Of a DNA stretch of 64,000 nucleotides, positions 36,910-49,462 are shown piece after piece. A model generated the notes under the pieces. That model worked only from the letters and a program-made list of their open reading frames with translations. It had not been told where the DNA came from and did no database searches. A program made the position numbers and the translations under genes. This stretch comes from Phoronis australis (taxonomy: Eukaryota; Animalia; Phoronida). How positions within the stretch are numbered: the first letter of the stretch is position 1; each line of letters begins with the position of its first letter. The stretch spans positions 12,463-76,462 of the forward strand of contig NMRA01000017.1 of the NCBI GenBank assembly GCA_002633005.1, given 5' to 3'.

Positions 36910-38859
36910 CTGTAAATAATATCAACATTGTCATAAATGCACAGTAACTAGGAAACGCTTAATAATGATGTTCCTTGTAGCATGATTCGTTGAGCACGAC
37001 AATAACCGTCCCTCGATCACCTTATCTGACGTCGTCTTAGCTCTAAACATACTGATCACAAGTTGTTGCCACATTACATGATAGTTTTTTTTTTCAAATC
37101 CAACAACGTAGTGTTTACATGTTAAATCATTTTCATACGTGGTTGCAACATAGCACTACATAATCTTCTACAGTTGCACAATCAGTCTGGTGCTCTGAAT
37201 AAAGTCAATTTTATCCAGAATCAGAGGCAATCACTAAACACTTGTAAATCATAGGGCAAACTGGCAGGGAAACAGGTCTGTTCAATAAAAATCAGACACA
37301 TAACTTGAATCCTGTGAGATGACTACTTTTACAGTATAGGAGGCGCTGGCGTCAGACGATTGAGCTAGATGATGATGCTGCAACACTGCATATTTTGATT
37401 AATTTTCGACTTTTTTACTTTAAGGTCTGTAGACTTTCTTCAAAAGCTTATACAATGAAATAAAAAATACTTCCTGGGTTTCGGAAAGGATTCACCTTGT
37501 AGAAAATCAACCAACAGTCTGTTATACAAGTCTAGATAGCAGATAATTCGGGTGACTCACATAGACACCCTGAAACTCAACATAGTTCCGGATGTAGTAA
37601 CGTACAGATGGGTAAGAATTTAATTTAAAAATAACTGGTTTTCACTAAAATCTAATTTTACCTTAATATTCGTAATTTTTGTAAACTTTAATTCCAAATC
37701 GTCTGCTTCTCTCTCGGGGCAGGCGATGAAGATATACTTCATGTGTGACGTCAGCACAAGTTTTGCCCATCTTATCAACCGCACCCACTTTCTTTGCCAA
37801 TTGATACCCAGTAACGTATTTTTTACTTGGTGAAATGAAATTTCTCCAAGTCTGTTGCTTTGTCATATAATTTGTTCTTTGTTTGTTTTTTTTTTGTTTG
37901 TTTTTGTCTCTATGTTCGCTCGTTAAAGGTCGCACTTCTTATCCGATCAATGTGGAATTAACACACAACATGTGTATCGTGAATGGCTCGAAGACTGTTG
38001 TATTTAGTTTAAATCGGAAGCACGATGGCCATGTGTCGGCCATTTGTTTTTTCCGTGACTTACCATTCTGGAGTTATTCAAGAATTCCCGATGACTGCTC
38101 TCCAACTAATTGGGTTTTCTCCCGCATCTTCGGTGTCCTATGACGGATCTCTTAGAAATTTGATATGTGAACAGATGGTTTCAAGCGCTATTAGCATTAT
38201 GAAATCCGTTTCTCGCTACGGCTTACGGTTCTCTAGATTTTCCGCTTTGATGACTTCTTTTATTGGCTTATTTCAAATTGCACTTTATAGGCCTATCATA
38301 TTCCTGCTAGAGATCTCATTTTTTGCCTGATCGACATGAAATTGAATGTAGTGTTTGATATCCAGTCGATAGCTCGAGGACATAAATTTGTGGGCGAAAT
38401 TGGACCGCCATTTTTAAATAACGTTTGCGAAGCTCTAACTCCGCGATCCTTTGACCGAAACGTTTTAAAGGAGAATGCCACCCGATTTAATTAGTCTTTT
38501 TCGTCGTCTTAATCGGTCTATATCCACATTGCCTTGCATACGGTCGACCTTACCTTGCCAAGAGGTGCTGCGTTAACCTATGAGGAAGGTGAGAAACCAC
38601 GCTAGCGACGTCAGTGGTTCATATGCAGAGTGAATGCCGCTATGTTGCCGTGCATCGTTCGGGCTTGTCCGAACTAAGCAGCTGCGAGGAAAGCGGGTAT
38701 ATCATTTTTTAACTTCCTCAAGAGTTCGAAATGCTAAGGAAGTGGCTCATGGTAGTGAAGAATGAAATGTACGCTGTAAATAGCAAGTGTGAGGACGTGA
38801 AACATATCTCCGTGTCTGTGGCCTGCAGACGTCGACAGTGCCTGACGAAAGCCGGCTTA

Positions 38860-39030
38860 CCAAATAACTCCATACGTTCCGTTGTCTGAGCTTGTTCACG
38901 GCGCCTCTCTAGTATTTCTTCATCACTGTATTCCTGTTCGAATTGATAGCCTGTAAAACTTAACGATCCACCTGCGAAGTCGGGACTGATGAGCTCTAGC
39001 TCGTCCTAAGTCGGGATTGCGAGTTGCCAT
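38860..39030 (-). mobile_element. Possible Kolobok KolX N-terminal remnant
   Basis: A minus-strand frame reads ...TGYQFEQEYSDEEILERRREQ, like the PYxFEPEY motif of KolX/P2X7-tail-like transposon proteins. Confidence 0.35.
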
Positions 39031-41149
39031 GTTGGCGTTAATTACTGAGCGTTCTGTTTCAAAATGAATTAATCTCACCCTGACCAATACTTATATAAAA
39101 CTGAAACAAAGTCTGTCTCATTAGATGCAATTTGTAATGCCTTTGGAGTGTTCGTGAGTGCAAATGATTTGAGAAGCCAGCAATGAATAAATCACTGCGT
39201 TACCGGCTTTAGGTGCAATAAAGCTAATTGACGGGACACCTAGGCCGTGTGAGTTCATGCTAATTTAGTGTTGCTGGCAGAAACTGTTGTGAAACAACTC
39301 GATTTCCATCCCACGGTCAGGTGTTAGGGGAATCTTTATTTACATTTACATTACTCAAATAATGATTGTCAATGTACAACTTCTAGCCTGACGTTGCTGT
39401 GGCCAAAGCGGAACCTGAATTTGCGACCCCCGACGAGTAAGTAGATTTGCAGTTTCGTGGCTAATTCACCAACATAATCAGGTGCACATTACTTTGGCTC
39501 ACTAATATAATATTTTCTTGACTGGAAGTTTAGTTTCCACTGAACTTTGTCTGGTTTATATTCGTGATGTCTGATCAGTTTCCGAGCCACTGGCGGGGAT
39601 AACGAGTCAATCCGGCCGGTCGCGACGGACCTTATCATCGGGCTCCGAGCCACTGACCAGGCTAACAAGCGTTCTGTGTTTAGAACTCAAAAAATCACAA
39701 GTTTAAACAACACAGATCTAGGTTCTCCTGTCTGTATCTCACGGAAAATGCAGATCCCAAACTCCTGCTACGGGCCTTAGTGGCCTGCCGAACTTTGTAG
39801 TCTACGGTGTGTCCAAATACCAATAAATCCGTAACATCGAAATAAAACAACACGTTTTTACAAGAAATCGGTGTATTTTTAATGGTTTTACATCGAAGTT
39901 TGATGATTTATTGGTGTTAAACGATGACTTCAAGCGATAAGCTGACACCAGTAACCCGTGTTGTGAACTGCGGAACAGACTGCGTGGGAAACCGATGACG
40001 TTATTGGATAATTTCAACACCTCCGTCCGCCGTCAGGTGTCAGGTAACGCAACCGTACGTGTCGTTATGGAGTAAAACTACTCGATCTAAATTGATACAA
40101 ATTAGGTTGTTTTTTGGGTGGCATGCTCCTTTAAATTTGATATGTAAATTGATCTCCTCACGGGCTATCTACAATGCGGGACTGGTTTCTCCACTTACGA
40201 CTTACCCATCTCCAATTATTCAGGATTGACTGCTTAGATGACTGTTCTTTCATTGACTGATTCCTTAAATGTGCATTTTATGTTTTATTATTTAGGTTGG
40301 TGTGACAGACGTTGGGCCGTGGTTTTTGGTATTCTTAGTTTCGTCGTCGACCTCACCTTTAAATATTTATTCGATTTCGCCAAGTATCGTTGCTCAGAAC
40401 GCTTTCATTTTTTTAAATTACACATTTTGTATTGATCCCGATAATGCTTTTAAACAGCATCCTCATGATAATAGAATACAAAATTTCACCGACTCTGCGT
40501 TTACTTTTTTATTCATGTTTCCTGGTTCATACATGATGACGTCAAACATGAGTCCACTGGCTTTTATCACCTGCCCTCTCCTTGGCTGTTTCACTTTTTT
40601 CTACTCTTCGTCTACCATCTTGAATACCTTATTAGGTACAGTAAACATACCAATTTGCGTGCGTTTCTTTTGTAGGAAGAGGGGAGAGTGCACCCTCTGG
40701 ACAATCCAATATTTTTCGAACAATATCGACTGGGTTGCTAAAGATTGCATTTATTCCCTCTTCCAGCATATTGTCACAAACTCGTTCGTTTTCTTCCTGA
40801 GAACCACTTAATTTATGCTCAATTTTGAGGTAAACTGTAAGATGCCGTTGGTCTTGGTTAATATCCGCTAGTTCGCAAGGTCAACCACGTTTTCACGAAG
40901 CCCATCCCAGGTTCAATGTTAGTAAGCCGTTAGCCCTGGATATAAAGAGAATTCAAATATTTCAGTTATTTCAGTTGTCTTTAAGGTTTTATTCTCACTA
41001 GATTAACATGTTCAGACTAGGATAAAGAGTCGTTAACTATTATTCCCACAAACTTATAAATGTTTTAACAAAAGTTAGGTTTGACTGTTTATAGTAAACT
41101 ACGGAAATAATTTCTGTTTTTTTCTAAGGGGAGTGGAATATCATGTCCG

Positions 41150-41600
41150 AAAAAGTTGTTTTTTTAAAGTTTAACGACCATGCGAATGTGTCTGCTAGCT
41201 GTTTATTGATTTTGAGTTTCGTTGACTGAAGGTTTTGTAAACGAAGGTGTGTGTATAACATAGATATCATCAGCATACATGATAATGGTCCAAGAGAAGT
41301 GAATTTGTCGACGTCGATTAATACGTAAGTAAGAAAAAGAGGGGGACCAGGGCTAGATTTTTATGGCACGCCTGTGATGATAGTTGATTTTGGGAGGGGT
41401 AATCGTCAAATAAACATATTGCTGTAGATTGGTTAACTATTTTTTGAAGAATAAATGCTCCACTCCAGTTGTACCGAAAGATGAAAGTTTCTGGCACGAG
41501 ACCACGGTCTATTATGTCAAAGGCACTTGAAAGTCAAGATTCAAGGGAGAAAAATTAACTTCATAAAAGTTCAGAAAGCTCATGTTTAGTTGCACCTGCT
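41150..41600 (-). mobile_element. Decayed CR1/L2 LINE reverse-transcriptase fragment
   Basis: Minus strand: SAFDIID...TGVP..SSPGPPLFLTY...IMYADDIYVI (YADD catalytic motif). Confidence 0.75.
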
Positions 41601-42087
41601 GCCCTTTTCAGTCGCGTGATTTCAGCGAGGGTCCGTTTTATGAAATTGTACTGAAAATGACTTCAAAATGATCTATCTGTCTGTTGAATCAAAACTTGGG
41701 TATGAGTAACCAGGTATCTTAACTGCGATCCACAGATGCAAGAATCTTGTGAGTAAATCTGGTGTGGAAATATGTTTAGTTTGTAATGAAAGGCGATATC
41801 TCGCGACGTCTTACGTGATCTTGCGTTTTCGCAAGGTTTTCGTGTTAACAGAAGGCAACCTTGATCATTAGATAAATTATCAACATTTTGCCCGAACGGG
41901 GATCTGCACTAAAATACCTTTGCTGACAGCCCAAATCACACAGTTTTATCAAATGCGTACCCCGTGACACAACGAACAATCGAAACAATATATCCACCAT
42001 TTTAAATAATTTCCGTTCAAGCGAAGAAAAGACAAGAAATTGTGACCCGAGGACATCCGTGTTTTTTCAATACAGAATCATACTTAC

Positions 42088-42112
42088 TTTTTACGCCAGT
42101 GACAGTCTTGGC
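42088..42112 (-). CDS. Gene B exon 2: 25-nt micro-exon
   Basis: tattttttcAG / GTAAGT, phase 0-1; AKTVTGVK. Confidence 0.8.
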
Positions 42113-42699
42113 CTGAAAAAATAAAAAAGTCAACAAACTGTTGATTAATGAAATAGTCACACTTCTATCGTACATAAACTTGACATATCTATGCTCACCT
42201 CAGGGATCATTTTGGGGAGAGCCAAAGGGCTTTTGGCGCAAACAATCAGTGACGCCACGGAGTGCGTTCTTGTCACTGAAGCCGAGAAATCATATTGAGT
42301 GTGGAATGAGTTGGGGTCCATTTAATCACGGGCGGTGGTTTAAATAAAACGTTTATAACGTCTGTACAACCACAAAAACATGCCAGGGCACCCCGATATG
42401 CATACACGGTAGAAAAAGTTGCTGACTCATAAGTTTTCCAAATCGACCCATTGAAGGTTCTGCGTGTTAACTGACCAACATCGACGTTTTTTTTATCTCG
42501 AACTGAACCCTGAGTTGTAACGTCAACATTTGAGCGTTGGGCAGCATAGTCGACCACTAATTATTTCTAAATAATGCAGCAACTTGATTGTAGTGAAACT
42601 TCTTAAGTTTTATGTACAGAAATCATGAAGTTCTTGGAATGTCATACTATTCGGAGATGATGAGCCCGCCAACTGATAATACCGCCATGGCAAACTTAC

Positions 42700-42750
42700 T
42701 ATGTAAAGTACAGCGACAAGCAAAACTAACGTAGACTGGCGAAGTGTCAT
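42700..42750 (-). CDS. Gene B first coding exon: signal peptide MTLRQSTLVLLVAVLYI
   Basis: tcttcAG|CC-ATG; ATA|GTAAGT donor, phase 0; hydrophobic core. Confidence 0.8.
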
Positions 42751-45700
42751 GGCTGAAGACAGAGGCAGACGAAACTTCTTCGACGATCTACAACCAATAA
42801 GATCATAATGAATCAGTGAAGCTTTTTGGCATGTTATTGTCACCTTAGAAGTATATTGCAGTATCGAAATCTATAAGAAAACGCGGATCTGGAGCGAGGC
42901 TCCCCTGCTCGACCAGTTTCTATTGCAGCTTTGGAGGAATATCAAGTGCCCCCTACGTACCTAAGCCTATGTGTAACCTCTTTGGACTCGATTCTAGATC
43001 CACGATTGTGGACACGCTGGTTCTGATGTTTCTCACAGGTTGCTGAGCGTGCGAATCTACAAGGAAGTTACTCGATATAATCTGATCTTATTGAGGCGTA
43101 TATTTTATTACGAGCCTTCTAACAATACTGCTTGTAGAGCGTGTCACGCAGAGTTGGACTGCGGGTAATAACTGTCGGTTGGTTTGTATGGTGTACGAAA
43201 CTAATAATGCTGTAGTTCACCTATTTCAAGTGTTATAAAAACTAGACTCCACACCTTATCACAAATGAAAATGATAATTCTTACACAGTTTCACCTCGAA
43301 CGATTCCTGCCTGCTAAGACTAAATCGATTTTTAAAAGAAACTTGAAAATTAGGAAATCGAGCAAGGTTAATGCATCTCATGTTTTCTGGAACATATAAT
43401 TGATATAGGTTACTACTTTTGTATCTTGTCATCGACATTTATTAAAAAGTTCCGACCATGATTCTGTGTCTCAAAAAGAATAAATGTTACATCTTAACGT
43501 ATCTGTGAACCTTGTTTACAAAGTTGTGCTTATCTGCAAATATCTTAAATTTTGTTAGTCTACAAAGTATATATTTTCTGAAAGGTGAATAAATTTTCTA
43601 ACAAAACTTATTATTCTTATTCACTTATCTTTGTATTTTCACGACATATGCGTTTTTAGTAAATTAGTAAAAAATTGACTTTGAACAGAGATTTTAAAAA
43701 TATTGTTGCTCCAGTCATATTGGTGTTTTTCCAACTTGTTGATAACGACATTTTCAAGGGAACCGTGTGTCAGATTTTTGAACATTTTGAGCAAAAATGG
43801 ACGTACTCTTGATTTTTGAAGGCTTCGTTCCGAAAAACTCAGAATCCAGCCTGCAACCCCCGAGGTCGCAGTGTCACGCTTTGCTGGCGGAGCAGAAACG
43901 CCTCGAGAATTGGCAGTTTATTGTATGCGTATTTTTTTAACTGAACTTGATTTCATCGAATGTGTGGTAAACAACGTTGAAAAATTGCGACTTGTAAAAA
44001 AATCACCGTCTTACACACTGCGTATTTTGTTGCTCTGGTCAAAGCCAATAATTGCCCGAAGTCAATCGAGTCCAACAAAAAAACCAAAAGTGCGTTTTGG
44101 CCGAAAAACTTATAATGTTATATTCTTCTTACTAGAGATTAATTCAATAATACAATGTAAGATGGTGATGAGAGGCAGTAAAAATTTGGAGAATTTTTTA
44201 TATTAGGTTCAAACTACAGTTGCATTCAGGAAGTCGACTCCACCCCCTCCCTCCCCCTCCCAGTCAAATGCTTCCTACGCCTTTCCTTGTCTCCCTATAA
44301 TTATCGCGCGTAACCCTCCATGAGCACCTGCCACGTGTTTTATTTATGACCAATGTGTGCAGGTGCACGTGGTTCAAACTAGTCACACATGCATTCATTT
44401 CGTCATTAACAAAATAGTTCTCAAGTCTAGTATTTGTAAGATATATGAAATGACACTTAAAAAGGTCATCGTAAATGTTTTTGTTATCTTTTATTTCTTT
44501 GGTTTGTTTTGGTTAGATAAACAACATAGTTCAAGCCTTCGATCCGCATCTGTGGAAGAATATCATAACAAGAATGACCTGCTTTGCCGAACTCGTCGCT
44601 GCAAGAAAAGACATATTGTGAAGGGATTTTTCTTTCATAGAACACCTTTAACTTTTTGTTGTTTACCGGCAACGCTCGCAAAATCTTAATATTGCGGTTC
44701 ACAAGCAATAGTGCGTTTGTCTAGATTGTTTAGGAAGGTCACACACCAATATTCCTGAATAGATCCCAATCATATCACTATCGACGCCATGTATGAAGTA
44801 GACCTCTTATGGGGGTGTGTTGGCAATAAAATTGTTGTAGTTTAGCTCATAGTTTGATCCTAGGTCGGCTTCTAGTTTCAACACTTCGGCCATTACGTTC
44901 TTCGGTCTTTTTCATGCAACCGGACACTGACCTGCTGTTTAACGGAGCGTTTTAATGAAAGAATGTTAGTGCGGGTGGCCAGAGTTTCTATAGGAATACA
45001 GTAGTAACAGTCCGTACACACAATTTTCAGGTAATCGTTTTCAATATCTTCCAGTGCGCTCACTCATTGCTTTTATGGTAGCAAAAGATTTGAGAGTACA
45101 GAATGTGGGAAAACCTTGACTAACCACAGGTTGCGGTCGACGGGTATTCCACACGCGGCAAACTCGCAGCACGTGCTCAAGTTTATGTAGGAAGAACCAA
45201 CAAGTCTGCATTCCATCGAATATCTATAAAATTGTAGAATTTACCCCCAGTAAATGTATATATTTTCTGAAATTAGAAGACCCGTAAAATTTGATTTTTG
45301 ACTTTATAGTGGATCTCAAATACTTGGGTCAGGTTTAGTAACATTCAACATTTGCAACATTATAACGGACTCCACCACATGACCAACTTTCGTTTGATAG
45401 AACTGTTCACAATAAAATCTCAGAAACGCGTATCAGTTTTCTGAATTACCCTTTAGCTTTAGTTTTACGCAGTTTTTTTCATGAAGTTGTAAAAGTGCTA
45501 TTTCTATAGCGACTCGTCCAAAAGTGTAACAGCTAAAAACAATTTATAATTGCATTTTTGAGGACAGTTCATCAAAACATATCTGAAAGTTTCATATGAA
45601 TCGGCTGTATATCATTTTTAAGATATGATGTTCCAAAGTTAGCCAAATTTGATCATTTATCTTTGGTCCTACGCCACAAACCAGTAGCTTTGAGGTGTTG

Positions 45701-46267
45701 GTTACACGAACTTCACTTCTCGCTGGGATTAATAGCCTCGGCAAATTTTTGAAGTAACACAAGTAAATTCTGGTGGAGACCATTCAAGGAAATACTGATC
45801 AAACCGCTTACCTGGGCGCTCCCTGGTTGCTTCTTTCGTCGACAAAAAATCGAATAATGGCTATCCTGCTTGATGATCAGGTGATATAACGAACCGCCGC
45901 TTTTGCGTATTGTATTCACTTGTATTGTTGTTACCTATATCTGATTGTGCACGTTTCAATCTCTCGTTGTAGTGGATCTATTGACCTGAATCGACATGCT
46001 AAATCATTCTGTCTATTGACGCCAGACCGAGATTGTGTAAAAAGAAATACAAAAATAGTAGGTTATTTACATATAACTTGTGTTTAAATATAACCAACTA
46101 TTTATAAATATCAAGAACTGACAATTTACCAATTAACGTTGCCACCGAGTATGAGGACAAGGATTTTAAGAGCAGCATTAGTTGATGAGAATTGTAGGGG
46201 GATTTCGTGGAAGGCGGAACACTAGAGTTCTCGTGATTTACGTATAGGTACTCTTTAAAACTTCTTA

Positions 46268-46890
46268 AGGCTCTCTAAGATCCTAGAAAAATGTCCACTT
46301 TTGGTCAACTTCAGAGCATCATGTCTTAGAAATGGCTGATTGGATTCCCACGAAACTTTCAGATACTATGCTTTATGAGCTGTTCTCTAAAATGAACGCT
46401 CACTGCGTGAACAAAGCTACTTGTTCAGGTTTAGCCAGAGTGTTACTAAAATCGAGAATACAAACAGTATTCATTGGATGTATAGGGTTTCATGATTTTA
46501 GGAATTGTCTGTAAAGCGATCCACTTTTGCATGAGGGGCTATCTCAAAGTAGGACTTTTTATGTGATATGGTATACCCGGAAATGTTTAAAAAGGATCAA
46601 AAGGAAACGAAGCGAGAAGCATTGTTGAGATTTAATCTTGAACATTAATATCGTTAAAAATTTGGTCAGGTCATTGTCCTCGTTGTTTTGCTTTAAACAT
46701 ACCTTTCTTTTTTGCTAAATTTTCCTAAAATCCTTGGTCACGTGAACTGATATACGGCAGATTAGTATGAAGTCAAAAATGAAATTCTACGGAAAATATA
46801 CTTTCAGAAAACATATACTTTTGCTGAGTTAAATTCTTTGGTTTTGTAGATATTTGCCTAAATGTACATACTTGTCGATACGGTCCTTCA
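46268..46890 (+). mobile_element. Kolobok-type non-autonomous family copy
   Basis: Begins after TTAA; has the shared core; its 3' end runs into the 42-bp tandem repeat. Confidence 0.6.
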
Positions 46891-47000
46891 TTGTATATAA
46901 CCGGTCGTGCAACCTAAAGATAAGGTCCTACATTGTATATAACCGGTCGTGCAACCTAAAGATAAGGTCCTACAATGTATATAACCGGCCGTGCAACCTA
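46877..47000. repeat. 42-bp tandem repeat x3
   Basis: GATA(A/C)GGTCCT(A/T)CATTGTATATAACCGGTCGTGCAACCTAAA at 46877, 46919, 46961. Confidence 0.92.
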
Positions 47001-47373
47001 CACTAGTCGGGTCCGTGCCGCGGTTGAAGCCGGCTAACGAAGTGGTTGAAAATACATGATATATTTAACGAATACCAAGGTTAGAAATAAAGACAGTTTA
47101 ATCAGAAATTCTGTGCATGAAGCATGAATAAAATCATGCTAGTTGTCCACCACTAAAGACCTACGTTCTGTAGACCAGAGTCTAAATTTTTACAAAAGTA
47201 CCCCGATTCCTGGCGTTCCGATCCGTCTTTGACCAAGTTTTCACGAATAACGTACGTTTTGCCCTGACACTTTAGAAAAAATAAATAAAGGGGTGCTATA
47301 TAACAAATGTTTCAGTTCATCAAAAATCAATAAGGCACTAAATTCAAGCACTTTTTGTAAGTTTATTTTTGGA

Positions 47374-47633
47374 TTTGGCACAGTATTGAGTGCGGAACAT
47401 TAAAGTCCCACACGAGGCCGACATGTAGTGATCTCGATCACTACCAAACTCACCACATAATGTTATTGGTTTGATTTTTTTATTTCTTGAAATTCATGAT
47501 TTATTTAGGTCACTTAACTAGGTCAGGCAGAAACTCTACCAACATTCTTTCGACTTTTCAAATATCAACCAGTAAGTTGCTGTACTCAGTATTCACAGAT
47601 CAAATACCTGTGTGAGACTAACACTGTGCCAAA
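47374..47633. mobile_element. Small TIR element (MITE-like)
   Basis: TTTGGCACAGTATTGAGT ... ACTAACACTGTGCCAAA inverted ends. Confidence 0.45.
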
Positions 47634-48942
47634 CACTAAGGGACCATTATCACACATGTGGAGAGAGACCAGACACGGATATTTGATTTGCGTTACTCAG
47701 TTGATTTTCCAATGGAAGAACTAGGTGAAAACAAAATTTATCGAGCTAACATAGAAATGGCATGGGTATTAGCGGTAATGAATAAATTTCCATCATTTTT
47801 CCATAAAATCGTTTTTCTTCAGGCAAATTACACCATGCTGCGAAACAGGAAAATGGCGGACCGTCCATGAAAAAGACTGGGTTGCAACGGAAGTGGGAAA
47901 CCACACGTCTTGCTCCCAGATGTACAAGAGTATCTGCTGCAAAAACTGTTGTGCTTAGTTGCGTTTTCAGAAAAAAAGCCAAATGTAGACTTTTGTGGCC
48001 TACCTCCCGATCAGAGAAGTAGCTTTTCAATACAATTCGTAAGTATTTTTACCAAATGCTACATAAGCCAGGTTTAATGTGTTCGTCAACTGTACTTTTT
48101 GACACGTCCCATCCGAATCACTTGGTCACATCATGTGACAAGAAAATAAGAATTAATGCTTGCTTTTTGTGTGCGCTAAATGGTACACCTCGATTTCGAA
48201 CAAACTTTTGAGCCAGGGAACATCCAGTAAGTGTAGCTTATTCAATAACGGCACGCCGCCTACTGATGGCGAAATCCGAAATATTTCTCACACTATTTTG
48301 CGTGACCTTCTAGCGAATGATTTACGAACTGCTTTCAACTATAAGGTATGTCGTGTGCATATTCCGTATGGTGACCGTTAAGCGTCCTAACTTTAACAAC
48401 ACAACCAGGTCAAAAGTAATACCGGTGCACAGTTTGTAGAGTAGGCCTTGTAGTATATTAATGCGTGAGTGTTTAATTTATATATTGCCCATGTGGGCAG
48501 GCTGTTTCAAGAAGAATTTATCAAGTTGACTTCTCAGTGACAAAATAAGTCTCCGGATGGCTTGACCTGTTCCACGGAATCAGCCCGGCTATGACTACTG
48601 AAAAGTCAGAAAATTTGCATACAACTAGCGAAGCGCAAAAGACAGAAATCGGCAGTCAAAACAATTGTTTTTCTGTGTTCAGCCTATTGTACCACTCAAA
48701 AGGATACTAAACCCTATTTTGTTGATTACCACCAGTCTTCGTTTTGTCACCTGCTAACTTGCATCATTGACGTTAATTCATTTTCTAAGTTAAAAGACAA
48801 GAATTTACTTAAAACTCATACACGCTGTCACATGATTGGACATTATGGCTGGTCTTTCTGGTGGCTGGTCTTTCCCCACATTTGCCGTGTAATTCGCTAA
48901 AAACGTAGGTTACGCTTGCCTGTTTAGCAGATTTTGAAAGGA

Positions 48943-49462
48943 TCTCCATGATAGCAAGTAACAGCATATGTTCACGAAAACAACAACGGATTTAAAACTT
49001 GACATGTTTCGGTGTCATTTATTAAACACCATCCTCAGAAGTCATAATACAGTGGCCACCTAGCTAGGCCCAGCAACAAGTAATGAAGCACAGATACAGT
49101 CAGTTACAGGGAGTGACAATGAACTATACCAACAATGACAACCTGTGGTGTGTCAGTTGCCTATTGAGATTGGGCTTGCACCAACTGATATGTAAAGCCT
49201 CACGAATTTTAAGCTCCTTTGTTGTTACTGCCTGGTCTATTATTGCAAAGTCATTGAAAGAGCACTGCTGATAACAATGATTGGAGCTCTGCAGGTGAAT
49301 ATTTACATGTGAATTACTGTCAGAATTTAGATGTTCCTTGGTCCTGGTTTTCAAATGGCGAACAGTTTCGCCTATATAACTGGAGCCACATCCAGCACAG
49401 ATAAATTTGTATACAACCTTGGACCGTAGACCCATAGAAATTTTGTCCTTAGGGTTAAATAA
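48943..49462 (-). mobile_element. 5'-truncated Penelope-like retroelement (GIY-YIG endonuclease, ORF 49124-49435)
   Basis: VVYKFICAGCGSSYIGETVRHLKTRTKEH...LKIREALHISWCKPNLNRQ is the PLE GIY-YIG domain; 14-bp TSD AGATTTTGAAAGGA at 48929-48942 and 49463-49476. Confidence 0.93.
48996..49043 (-). ncRNA. Minimal type I hammerhead ribozyme in the Penelope 3' region
   Basis: Minus strand GACUU-CUGAGGA-U-GGUGU(UUAAUAAAUG)ACACC-GAAA-CAUG-UC-AAGUU: complete core, stem I, stem II, palindromic ACAUGU stem III and GUC cleavage triplet. Confidence 0.85.

Noticed and set aside
40302-40811. 169-aa hydrophobic + strand ORF
   Set aside because: Non-ATG start, T-rich composition, no motif; the opposite strand is also broken by stops
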